NCBI GenBank assembly: GCA_040217195.1 | Contig: JAVJNR010000004.1 | Span: forward strand, 832,001-896,000 | Reading direction: 5' to 3' | DNA: 64,000 nucleotides | Source: Leptospiraceae bacterium | Lineage (GTDB): Bacteria > Spirochaetota > Leptospiria > Leptospirales > Leptonemataceae | Shown: piece after piece, positions 1 through 8,836 of the stretch | Numbering within the stretch: position 1 is the stretch's first letter | Layout: each line of letters begins with the position of its first letter | Translations under genes and position numbers: made by a program | The notes under the pieces: generated by a model | Seen by the model: the letters and a program-made list of their open reading frames with translations, nothing else | What the model was told of the DNA's origin: nothing | Database searches by the model: none

Positions 1-410
1 GAACGAGTAAAGCGAACCTGTACAGACTGGGATGGCTGCAGAACGGATTGGTCCGCCGGCAGGATTTCCGCCCTTTTCAGACAGTGTACCTGAACGCTTA
101 ATTGATCCTCGGTCAGTACCCCGTCACCATTCTGGATTTCGCAAATATAGCCCGCCGGTACCGCAGAAATGACAATGTCGTATGCTTCTCCAGGCTCAAA
201 TCGATCTTGAAACCTGAAGGAACCGGATTGGCTTAATGACTGAAAGTGGACCCCTGACTGAAGAACCAGTCCTGGATCTTCCAGCCCCTCAACGAAACCA
301 CCGAGCACCACTCCAGGGCCTGGAATTAAGAAGAAGTCCCTGGCCCCGGGATGATCCTTGATGCAATTGCATGCGAATGCGAGCAACAACAGGTAATGGC
401 CAAGCCTCAT
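1..410 (-). CDS. Lipoprotein, paralog of 500..2467; C-terminal part runs off the window start; absent from ORF track
   Basis: Manual translation from ATG 410: MRLGHYLLLLAFACNCIKDHPG...GLEDPGLVLQSG...YDIVISAVPAGYICEIQNGDG...VQVHC...QSVLQPSQSVQVRFTR, collinear with the N-terminus of the neighbouring lipoprotein. Confidence 0.85.
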   Translation of the reverse strand, partial: MRLGHYLLLLAFACNCIKDHPGARDFFLIPGPGVVLGGFVEGLEDPGLVLQSGVHFQSLSQSGSFRFQDRFEPGEAYDIVISAVPAGYICEIQNGDGVLTEDQLSVQVHCLKRAEILPADQSVLQPSQSVQVRFTR

Positions 411-499
411 ATGCCCAGGGGGCTAACGTTCGTTATGGGCTGCAAGTAAAATATACCCGATTACCTATCATTCTGGGACTAGGTTATACTACGGAAACC

Positions 500-2467
500 T
501 TACTGACACCCAGACCCTGGTTCATAGATGCCAATGCTATGGAATAAATCTGCTCCGGGCCGTTGCTGCAGATCAGCATCTGGGCGAACAGCCAGACCAT
601 AGGTTCCCGGGTCTACACCACCCTGCGCTGCCAGGCAGGGTGAACTGGCGGAGTAATGGAAATCGCCTGCTGAAGAGTTCAGAAACACCGGATCCACGGA
701 AATATTCTGACGAGTTCCGGCATCCGAATACATGAGCGTGCAACCCGCATTTCCGAAGGTACCGCGATTCGCTGGAATCGAAGTACCTTCATCGCAAATA
801 GTATTATAGGCCGTTCCAAGGCTGTCTTCCATTAACCCGCTGGGACATCCAAACAGATTGTTGGAGTCCAGATCTACGGTATTGGGAAGACCCACCGAAT
901 CGCGCATACAAAAGGATTGAGTGCTGCTGAAATTTCCAATAATCATATTGTTGATAATTGCTCCGCCAGACAGGGAAAGCGCAAAGTGAATTCCTGTAGA
1001 TGTGCCAGTCACGGCCTGATCGGCAATGATCAGGTTATGTGCGATATTGTAATTTCCCGCAGAACTAACAAGTATACCCGTAGTATTGTTCGCCACGCCA
1101 GTATAGATTCCATTTGTATGGATGTTTCCGGCTCCGCCAAGCAATACAATCGCTTCTGCGTTAGCGGTCGCTCCGTTCGTAAGAATCTGATTTAGATAGA
1201 AGTCCACGGTGCCGGAGGTAATGACGGCCGCTCGCGCCGTATTGGCTGTATTTCCCTGCACTTCAATGCGATTGCCAGTGATTACACTCAGCCCGGCACC
1301 AGTAATGCTAAGTGCAGTACGGGAATTAATCCCATTACCTGCCATGATTCTGTTGTTGGACAATCGGATGGCACCATTTACATGTACTCCATACGAATTC
1401 GCAGATCCACTCTCATCGCCCTGGATGGTAAAGCCATCAATTACTGTATTGGCATTGACGGTTACCGGAACTTGAATTGTGCATGGTCCTGGACCACAGG
1501 CGCCGCCATTGCCAGCCAGGATGGATGTTCTGGCCTGGCCGAATCGTGTGGAAAAATCTGCGGAGTAACTGCCCATCAGTGAAATGCCATCCGCCATAAT
1601 GATAGCAGAGCCGGCCGAATCATATACATCCCGGAAGTGAGGAGCGGTGCCATTGGGAGGTCCCTGAGCTACAAGTACTGCACAGTCGATAGTGCCGTTG
1701 CAGCCATTGGTAACCAGTTCATTGATTGCATAATTAATACTTGCACAGGCCCCTGCAACCGTTCCACATGTGCCGGCATCGACCCCTGTTGTGCTTACAT
1801 AGGCAACGTTGGATGTTACCAGATAGTTCAACGAAAGGTTCATGGAAACCGATCCATCAGCAGAAGTGCAATTATTCAGGATCAAGAATCTCAAACTACC
1901 TGTGGTCCATCCCGCTGTGGTAAACTCTATCGTGTCATTGGCTACGTTGGTAGTCAGTAGATTGGTAGCCAGTATGTCAGATGCCAGGTTTGCCGGCGCT
2001 GGAGTTGCCGCCGCATCCACCGTGCATCCGGTCATGGATCGGCTAAATACTATACGAATGGATTGAGTCGATTGTAGAACTGAATTATTTGGCGGGCTCA
2101 CTATGGCAGCACGGATACAGTCCACCTGAACATTGGTTACATTGGAGTTTACGATGCCCGAGCCATTCGTAATTGTGCAGGTATAGCCTGTGGGCACATT
2201 CTGGATAATGACATTGTAACTGCTGCCCTCCTGATATCTGTTGGAAAACTCAAAAGTCCCGGATGCGGCTAAATTGAGGGATGCACTTCCACTTACAAGA
2301 ACCAGACCGGGATCCTGTAAACCGGTAACGTTAACCGACACACCATATCCATTATTTGCCAGAACCAGAAATGCTTCCGAGGGGCTACCCGGATAGTCCT
2401 GAACGCATTTCCATAAGAGAGGTACAAGTAGTAGCAAGAAGAATCTGGATTTTGTCCTACGTAGCAT
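500..2467 (-). CDS. Surface lipoprotein with Ig-like domains and a parallel beta-helix (DUF1565/pectin-lyase-like)
   Basis: Lipoprotein signal MLRRTKSRFFLLLLVPLLWKC; Ig-like SPPNNS..IRIVFSRSM; YVSTTG-D...CASINYAI; NNRI/GNRI/HNLI/NNMI beta-helix repeats; ATG 2467 preferred over GTG 2476. Confidence 0.75.
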   Translation of the reverse strand: MLRRTKSRFFLLLLVPLLWKCVQDYPGSPSEAFLVLANNGYGVSVNVTGLQDPGLVLVSGSASLNLAASGTFEFSNRYQEGSSYNVIIQNVPTGYTCTITNGSGIVNSNVTNVQVDCIRAAIVSPPNNSVLQSTQSIRIVFSRSMTGCTVDAAATPAPANLASDILATNLLTTNVANDTIEFTTAGWTTGSLRFLILNNCTSADGSVSMNLSLNYLVTSNVAYVSTTGVDAGTCGTVAGACASINYAINELVTNGCNGTIDCAVLVAQGPPNGTAPHFRDVYDSAGSAIIMADGISLMGSYSADFSTRFGQARTSILAGNGGACGPGPCTIQVPVTVNANTVIDGFTIQGDESGSANSYGVHVNGAIRLSNNRIMAGNGINSRTALSITGAGLSVITGNRIEVQGNTANTARAAVITSGTVDFYLNQILTNGATANAEAIVLLGGAGNIHTNGIYTGVANNTTGILVSSAGNYNIAHNLIIADQAVTGTSTGIHFALSLSGGAIINNMIIGNFSSTQSFCMRDSVGLPNTVDLDSNNLFGCPSGLMEDSLGTAYNTICDEGTSIPANRGTFGNAGCTLMYSDAGTRQNISVDPVFLNSSAGDFHYSASSPCLAAQGGVDPGTYGLAVRPDADLQQRPGADLFHSIGIYEPGSGCQ

Positions 2468-2854
2468 AGTTTGCACAAATTTCAGGCATGTTTTCCGGTG
2501 GTATTACTGCCTGGAATCTCTTTCCAGACCGCAGATTCTCAGTAAGTGAGCTCCATTTTATACAACAATCCCTGTCCGCATTTTTTCACTAATAGCAACG
2601 CCTCCTTTAGCGCCTAAGGTGCCCCTATTGCAATTAGTGTGAGGAATCAATCCAACCGGATGGCCGCCTGGTCACTCCAGACACTCTGAAATTACTGTCT
2701 GCAAAAAGGCTGCTGTACCAAAGAACCAGGTGGAAAAAACACCATCGGAAAGTAAAAAAGCTGGCCAGAAGTAAACCGGATGTTACTCTCTGGCGTCCAA
2801 TTAGGGCGATTGGGACCTACCGGTCCCGCGTATATTACCCATGGGGAGTGAGAT

Positions 2855-3205
2855 ATGAAACTGAAACTACTGGGAGTCCTGTTTGGCCTCGCATTCCTGC
2901 CCGTTGCGGCATTCGCAGATACATCAATCTATTTCTGCGAAGAGACTGGTGCTTATGGCGCTAGCTGGGGACAGGCTGACAATCACGGCGTTGCTAGATC
3001 ACAATGTGAGAAGTACGGCGGAACTGCCTGCGAAGAGCTAATTAGCTGCGGAACAGGATTTGCTGCCATCGCAACTAGCAACAATCAAGTAATTGGTGCT
3101 TCCTGCGGAGCTGGAAATCAGGGCGCTGCTAACAAGGCTGCTCTGGACGCTTGCCGCGACAGCGGTGGATCCGGTTGTGCTATCAAGCATAAGTGGAAAG
3201 GCTAA
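2855..3205 (+). CDS. Secreted Cys-rich DUF4189-like protein
   Basis: Signal peptide ending AFA; two internal repeats (GASWG..A...C..YGG..C and GASCG..AALDAC..SGG..C); GGGGAG RBS. Confidence 0.7.
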   Translation: MKLKLLGVLFGLAFLPVAAFADTSIYFCEETGAYGASWGQADNHGVARSQCEKYGGTACEELISCGTGFAAIATSNNQVIGASCGAGNQGAANKAALDACRDSGGSGCAIKHKWKG

Positions 3206-3269
3206 AAATATAGAACCGATCTGACTTCCCCGATGCTACACTGGTAGTCTTAGGGAGATCTTGAAAAAT

Positions 3270-3302
3270 GGGCCGGCCTGGAGAGGTCGGCCTTTATTCT
3301 TT
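3270..3302 (+). terminator. Intrinsic terminator, possibly bidirectional, between convergent genes
   Basis: GGCCGGCCT-GGAG-AGGTCGGCC stem followed by TTTATTCTTT and preceded by an A-run. Confidence 0.65.
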
Positions 3303-3332
3303 ATTCTGGGTCTGCCCCTGGCTGCCCATGGA

Positions 3333-4208
3333 TTACTCTGGCCTCTTTGATAGATATTTTTCCACCAGATGAATGTATTCGGGCCCCGCTCTTTTTGGCC
3401 GCCTTCTGGATAGGCTCACAATCAATTGCTCTTCAATATTACTTGCAATCAGGTTTCCTCCGGTATCCATTACATCGTTTCGCAAGAAACAGCGAATCTT
3501 TTCAATTCGATCCACCCAGGTATGGACCGTAAGAACCTCCCCGGCCACAGGCTGTTGATAGATTCGGAATGTTCCGGATGTAAAAAAGGTAATTGTATCC
3601 AATTCCAGTATACGCTTATGATCCAGCCCAATAGCATGCGAAAAACCCCAGCGACCTTCCTCTATGAGGCGCCAGAACGCTGCGGATGGATAATTGAAAA
3701 AGGGAGATCTCTCGGAATACATGGCCGTAACCGGAGTCTGCACAGAGTCGCAGTTGGTACGTGCGTCAAACGTTGAGGGCAATTCCGAGATGATACTGGA
3801 CGGGCTGATCTCGGAGGAATCCACACCATCGCCCTTTGCTGGAAAGTCAGCAGCGTGAATCTGGCCCTCCCGCTCAAAAGCAGTGATGGTAGCAATACGA
3901 CAGGCCAGGGCTCCATCTGTTTGCTTTACTTCTTGAAGCCAGAATTGCTGATCCGCTTTGGGCTCCATGTAGGTATGGACTACAAGCTCATTACCTGGCA
4001 ATTGCTCCTTTGAAAAGGAACAGTGCGTCATCTTTGGCGTTAGACGCTCATTTTTTTCCAGCATGGAATCCAGAGGGTATCCAAGTGCCTTCATCATTCG
4101 GATCCGGCCTTCCCAGCAGAATGCCTCATAGGTGCGACTTGTGACATGCCGCTGGGTATCCATGTCAAACAGCCGGGCTGCAATATTGAAGTTTTGATAA
4201 TAGCTCAT
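3333..4208 (-). CDS. Double hot-dog acyl-CoA/ACP thioesterase
   Basis: Two hot-dog-like halves (RLFDMDTQRHV..YEAFCWEGR and YSERSPF..LIEEGRW). Confidence 0.75.
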   Translation of the reverse strand: MSYYQNFNIAARLFDMDTQRHVTSRTYEAFCWEGRIRMMKALGYPLDSMLEKNERLTPKMTHCSFSKEQLPGNELVVHTYMEPKADQQFWLQEVKQTDGALACRIATITAFEREGQIHAADFPAKGDGVDSSEISPSSIISELPSTFDARTNCDSVQTPVTAMYSERSPFFNYPSAAFWRLIEEGRWGFSHAIGLDHKRILELDTITFFTSGTFRIYQQPVAGEVLTVHTWVDRIEKIRCFLRNDVMDTGGNLIASNIEEQLIVSLSRRRPKRAGPEYIHLVEKYLSKRPE

Positions 4209-4265
4209 CCGATCCCCCCTGCACCGAACTAAATACCATGTGGACCTGTTCCGATGCCCAACCCT

Positions 4266-4310
4266 AACGAACGATCGTTCCTATGCAAACAAAAAAAACG
4301 AACGATCGTT
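4266..4310. promoter_or_regulatory. Two identical near-palindromic operators AACGAACGATCGTT (4266-4279, 4297-4310), likely TetR sites
   Basis: Exact 14-bp repeat 31 bp apart between divergent thioesterase and tetR; the second copy abuts TTGACT (4311-4316). Confidence 0.7.
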
Positions 4311-4350
4311 TTGACTGGACAAAACCCGGCTTCATCTGTAAATCATAGTT

Positions 4351-4956
4351 GTGGCCCGGTCAAAGAAAAATGTAAAGGACAGAGTCCTGAACGAAGCCCT
4401 ACGGCAGTTCTATCGCGGCGGCTATTACCGCACTGGAATTCGAGACATTGCCGGAGGAGCCGATGTAGCACTGTCCAGCGTCTATGACCATTTTTCCAGC
4501 AAGGAGGAGCTGGCTCAGCAATACCTGATAGCGGAAGAAGAGCAGATGCTCCAGAATCTAAGGCTCTTAATGGAGCATTTTCCGGATATTAACGATTTTG
4601 CCCGGGCCTGGACCCTGGCAAAACGAAAGGACCTAAAGGCCGGCCGATTCCTGGGCTGCCCATTCGCCGGTTTTGCCTACCAGTCCGTAGATTTACATGC
4701 AATCCATTTATCCCAGCTAAAGAAAATCTCTACCAAGTGGATCGAAACGCTGAAGGATTATATCGAGGCCAATCAAAAGTCCGGACGAATCAGTTCCAGC
4801 GCCGACTCTCAGTACGTGGCCAGACGGATTATGGTTCTTACTCAGGGCGCCATGACCATGTGGCGGATTACTCGGGATGCCAGCTATATTGAAGTTCTAG
4901 ATCAGTACTGGAAAGAGGAGATGCAACGTATTGCACCAGCAAAGACCAGGCGATAG
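4351..4956 (+). CDS. TetR/AcrR family regulator
   Basis: HTH FYRGGYYRTGIRDIA...SVYDHFSSKEEL; GCPF motif. Confidence 0.92.
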   Translation: MARSKKNVKDRVLNEALRQFYRGGYYRTGIRDIAGGADVALSSVYDHFSSKEELAQQYLIAEEEQMLQNLRLLMEHFPDINDFARAWTLAKRKDLKAGRFLGCPFAGFAYQSVDLHAIHLSQLKKISTKWIETLKDYIEANQKSGRISSSADSQYVARRIMVLTQGAMTMWRITRDASYIEVLDQYWKEEMQRIAPAKTRR

Positions 4957-4965
4957 AGTCTTTGC

Positions 4966-5502
4966 TTATCGCCACCGCCAGTCCGGTTTGTTTATAATTT
5001 CCAGACCGGTTGCTGTAAGCAGACTTTGCAGAAATGCATCCAGGGATTCGCCAAGCTGCCTTCTGGGTAGACTGATTGCCTGACCCGTGCCCATAAGTAT
5101 TAAAGCATAGTCCGGAATAGTCACCACTGAATTAATATGGTTCAGTTTGATTTGCGTTCGTGCAGATTCATCTTCCATCACGATTTCATCGTTCAACTCA
5201 ATGCTAACTCTTCGATTTAGCATCCCCTTTAGTCCGTCTTGAATGTGTTTTCTGTAGTGCCGGCGATATCTCCAGCGAGAATAGAAGGGATACAGAACTA
5301 TCCAGAATAGCCCGATCGCTCCGAGCAAGGCGGCTGCAATGTAAAACTGGAGCCAGAGGTAGATAGGTACCAGGGAAAAGGAAATTAAGGCAACAAGAAA
5401 CCAGCCCAGCATTCTTTGTTTTTTGATTCTGCTGGATTGAGATGCCGCATACAGCTGAAAGGTCAGCAACGAATCCAGTTCAAGTGTATATTCTAATTTC
5501 AA
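4966..5502 (-). CDS. YcxB-like membrane protein
   Basis: Two TM helices plus a C-terminal YcxB-like beta domain (..QAISLPRR); TTG start. Confidence 0.65.
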   Translation of the reverse strand: MKLEYTLELDSLLTFQLYAASQSSRIKKQRMLGWFLVALISFSLVPIYLWLQFYIAAALLGAIGLFWIVLYPFYSRWRYRRHYRKHIQDGLKGMLNRRVSIELNDEIVMEDESARTQIKLNHINSVVTIPDYALILMGTGQAISLPRRQLGESLDAFLQSLLTATGLEIINKPDWRWR

Positions 5503-5620
5503 CGTAACTGCAAACCCACATCAAGGTGGCCCGGAAAGCAAATGAACCTCTACCAGACCTATCTCGATATCTGCTAATAGAATCTGTGCCAACTTTGAAT
5601 CAAGGTGATTATAGCGAATG

Positions 5621-5650
5621 CCATCCGAAACCCTGAAGGGTTCCGGATGG
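5621..5650. terminator. Strong intergenic hairpin downstream of the symporter gene
   Basis: CCATCCG-A-AACCC-TGAA-GGGTT-C-CGGATGG; no clear U-tail. Confidence 0.4.
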
Positions 5651-5705
5651 ACCATAAATCATTATCCGTCTGAGACTCGGCCCATAGACAACGGATATCA
5701 GAAAT

Positions 5706-6707
5706 CTAGGTCTTTAGAGGCACCCAGTTTTCTCCGAACAATCGCTTTTGAACCTCTCCATTTTCGTAGATCTCATGATCCAGTTTTCCAATTTTACGAT
5801 AGAACATCGTTACAAAGGAAGACGATATGACGATGAAAAAGGAGTACAGGATTGGTAGCCATAGCATGCCGGCCAATAGTTGTGCCGATTCAGCAAAACT
5901 GAAGGTTACAATTCCCACAGCCAGTGGACCATTCTGAATACCGGTTTCCAGCGAAACGGTTCTTCTGTGTCGCTTGTCCAATCGCAGAACACTGGAGAGC
6001 AAATAGCCAAATAGCATTCCGCCCAGACCAACTCCGATAGCTGCCACATAGGTCTGCCATCCAGTTTCAGCCATCAGGCATCGCTTGTATGCATCTCCCA
6101 GGAAGGTACCCACCAGAAAGAGGATTACGATGATCCCCATAAAACTGGCTGTATCCTCTGCGGCTTTGGCCCAGCCTGGAGAGTAGCGCCGAAGCACCAT
6201 TCCCAGCACTACAGGAAGTAGCACAGCCACCAGACTAACTATGATCTTGGCTGTAGGGATGGCGAATTCGCCATCTCCAGGAAGCTCAATCTGGCTGGCG
6301 AAACCAGCACCGTAGTTATCCAGAATCAGGGGTGTCATTACAACGGCCGCAATTGTGGAAAACGTAGTCATAGTAATCGAAAGAGCCACATCTCCCCTGG
6401 AGAAGTAGGCAAACATATTCGAAGTAGTCCCGGCAGGTAATGAACCAACCAGAATCAACGCAATTGCCAGCATAGGATCCAGTTCCAGCCAGACGGCCAG
6501 GCCAAGGGCAACCAGAGGCATTACACCAAACTGTGAGGCAAAGCCGATCAGTACACCCTTGGGATCCTTCGTGAAATACTTAAAGTTTTGAAAGGTCAGG
6601 CCCGAGCCCATCCCAAACATAATTACCAGAATCATTATACCCAGCAGTGCTTCCTGCAGCGGATTGATCATTTGATAATCCGCGGGTATATTGCATGCTT
6701 CCATCAT
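5706..6707 (-). CDS. Bile acid:sodium symporter (BASS) family transporter
   Basis: MFGMG, QFGVMP, PAGTTSN, GDVALS and SLETGIQN motifs. Confidence 0.92.
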   Translation of the reverse strand: MMEACNIPADYQMINPLQEALLGIMILVIMFGMGSGLTFQNFKYFTKDPKGVLIGFASQFGVMPLVALGLAVWLELDPMLAIALILVGSLPAGTTSNMFAYFSRGDVALSITMTTFSTIAAVVMTPLILDNYGAGFASQIELPGDGEFAIPTAKIIVSLVAVLLPVVLGMVLRRYSPGWAKAAEDTASFMGIIVILFLVGTFLGDAYKRCLMAETGWQTYVAAIGVGLGGMLFGYLLSSVLRLDKRHRRTVSLETGIQNGPLAVGIVTFSFAESAQLLAGMLWLPILYSFFIVISSSFVTMFYRKIGKLDHEIYENGEVQKRLFGENWVPLKT

Positions 6708-6805
6708 GGACTTATTCTCCTTTCGCAGAACATAATTTCTTTCCTGTGTCCGCCCTGAGGCGGAAGTTCAAGCTGCAGCGTCTGGTTGCCCTCCGCTGCG
6801 CATCT

Positions 6806-8743
6806 TTATTTTGCTGCCTTGCTTTTCTCTGAAGGCGTCCTTCCATACATCTCATCAATGAGGTGCTGATACTTTTCTGTAATTACATGTCGCCTGAGCG
6901 AAAGCTTGGCAGTTAGTTCATCCGCGGCTTCAAAGGTCTTGGGTACCAGCTTGAAAGTATTGACTCTTTCAAAACTTTTGAAACCGTTTTCGGCTGAAAT
7001 CTCCTGCTTTATGGCCTGTGAGATTTTAGCTTCCACTTCAGGATGTTCGGAAAGCTCAGCCACACTCAGGGATTCGTAGCCCAGAGACTGGAAGCCGTCC
7101 ACAGAAGGAACAATCAATGCACCCAGACTTTTTTCATCCTGGCCCACCACCATTACATGGTCCACAAGCGGGGACTGAAGCAACCGGTTCTCTATAGGCA
7201 CCGGTTCCACATTTTCGCCACTTGCCAGCACAATAGTATCTTTGGAACGACCCAGAATCTTGACGCAATCGTTGAATGTCATCATACCGATGTCGCCGGT
7301 ATTCATCCAACCATCCTTCATGACTTTATCAGTCGCTTCCTGATTCTTATAGTATCCACGCATAACAATAGGGCCACGGACATGAATTTCTCCCCTCAGG
7401 CCTCTACCATTATGCTTGTTTTTGGCATTCGGATACAGGATATCCCCGTGATTTAAATCAACAATGCGAATCTCAACACCCTCCAGAACGGGACCTACTG
7501 TTTCAATTACCAGTTTGTTTACGGTTCTTGCCGTGATCGGTCCTGCGGTTTCGGTCATTCCGTAGCCTTCGAGCACTGGAATACCTACATAGGTGAAGAA
7601 TTGATCCACATGGCGAGGTAATGCACCACCGCCGGAGATGGTAGCTTTCAAGCTGGCTCCCGCGGCCTGGCGAATCCTCTCCAGAACGGCCACATTGAAG
7701 AATCCGTAAAGTGGAGTGACAAGCAGCCATCTGAGTAGATGAAAGATCCAGCCCAGAGAAAACAGGATGGGATTGGGCTTATGCAGATGCAGAGCCCGGT
7801 TCTTCAAGTAGAACTGAGAATTCTTATAGATCTCAGCAAGGCCATAACCTGTATGAAATAAAAAGCGACGTACTGGATGAGCAGCCTGCGCATTATCCAG
7901 AATTCGCATGTAAAGAACTTCCCACAGCCTGGGAGCCGATCCCATGAATGTGGGCTGCACATTCTTCAAGTCATCTCCCAGCATGCGAATGCTGGAATAA
8001 TAAGTGGAACATCCTTTTGCGATGGAGAACATCTCAAGAGCACGTTCAAAAATATGCCATACAGGCAATATACTCAGCGCACGATCGTGAGGTCCAAGAT
8101 CCACCGGAATGCAATCGATCATATACATGATATTGCTATGTTGCAGCATCACTCCCTTGGGAGCCCCGGTAGTACCGGATGTATAGATAATTGTGGACAG
8201 GTCTTCGGGCTGCACCTGGGCAGCTCTCTCTTCCGCTCGACGATCCCCATCCTTTCGCAGATTGCGACCTTTTTCGATCAGGTCCTTCAGATGCAGTACA
8301 CCTTCTGGAGCTTCCTGATCCATGTTCATCAATATGTAGGTTTCCACCGCCGGGAGTTCAGACTTCAATGCTGAGACCCGTTTCCAGATTTCTACGTTTT
8401 CAATGAAACAAATGCGAACATCTGCATGGGGCAGAATATAGGTGATATCTGAATCAGTAAGATCTGTTCCTCGGGGAACATCCGCCGCTCCTGCCAGCTG
8501 AATGCCGCAGTTACTGATGATCCATTCGATCCTGTTGTCGGCTATAAGACCTACGTGCTCCCCTCGCTCCAGCCCCATATCGATCAATGCTGTGGCCAGA
8601 GAGACTCCTTCTTCGTAGACCTCTCCGAATGTAGTTGGCTTCCAGAGCCTTGATTTGAGTCGCGTGCCAAAAGCTACGCGCTTGTCATGAACCTGGGCTG
8701 CTTTAGCAAACAGCTCCGCCGCGGTACCGGCTTTCACTTCCAT
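6806..8743 (-). CDS. Long-chain fatty acid-CoA ligase
   Basis: YTSGTTGAPKG, EGYGMTE, TGDIG, GRSKDTIVLASGENVEP. Confidence 0.92.
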   Translation of the reverse strand: MEVKAGTAAELFAKAAQVHDKRVAFGTRLKSRLWKPTTFGEVYEEGVSLATALIDMGLERGEHVGLIADNRIEWIISNCGIQLAGAADVPRGTDLTDSDITYILPHADVRICFIENVEIWKRVSALKSELPAVETYILMNMDQEAPEGVLHLKDLIEKGRNLRKDGDRRAEERAAQVQPEDLSTIIYTSGTTGAPKGVMLQHSNIMYMIDCIPVDLGPHDRALSILPVWHIFERALEMFSIAKGCSTYYSSIRMLGDDLKNVQPTFMGSAPRLWEVLYMRILDNAQAAHPVRRFLFHTGYGLAEIYKNSQFYLKNRALHLHKPNPILFSLGWIFHLLRWLLVTPLYGFFNVAVLERIRQAAGASLKATISGGGALPRHVDQFFTYVGIPVLEGYGMTETAGPITARTVNKLVIETVGPVLEGVEIRIVDLNHGDILYPNAKNKHNGRGLRGEIHVRGPIVMRGYYKNQEATDKVMKDGWMNTGDIGMMTFNDCVKILGRSKDTIVLASGENVEPVPIENRLLQSPLVDHVMVVGQDEKSLGALIVPSVDGFQSLGYESLSVAELSEHPEVEAKISQAIKQEISAENGFKSFERVNTFKLVPKTFEAADELTAKLSLRRHVITEKYQHLIDEMYGRTPSEKSKAAK

Positions 8744-8836
8744 TGAAATTCTCCTCCTGACTGCTTTTCTTTGTTGAATGGAAAAGCATCATACCAGGCA
8801 CTCGGCCTGGCCCCCGTTCTTTTATCTAACTTTCAT

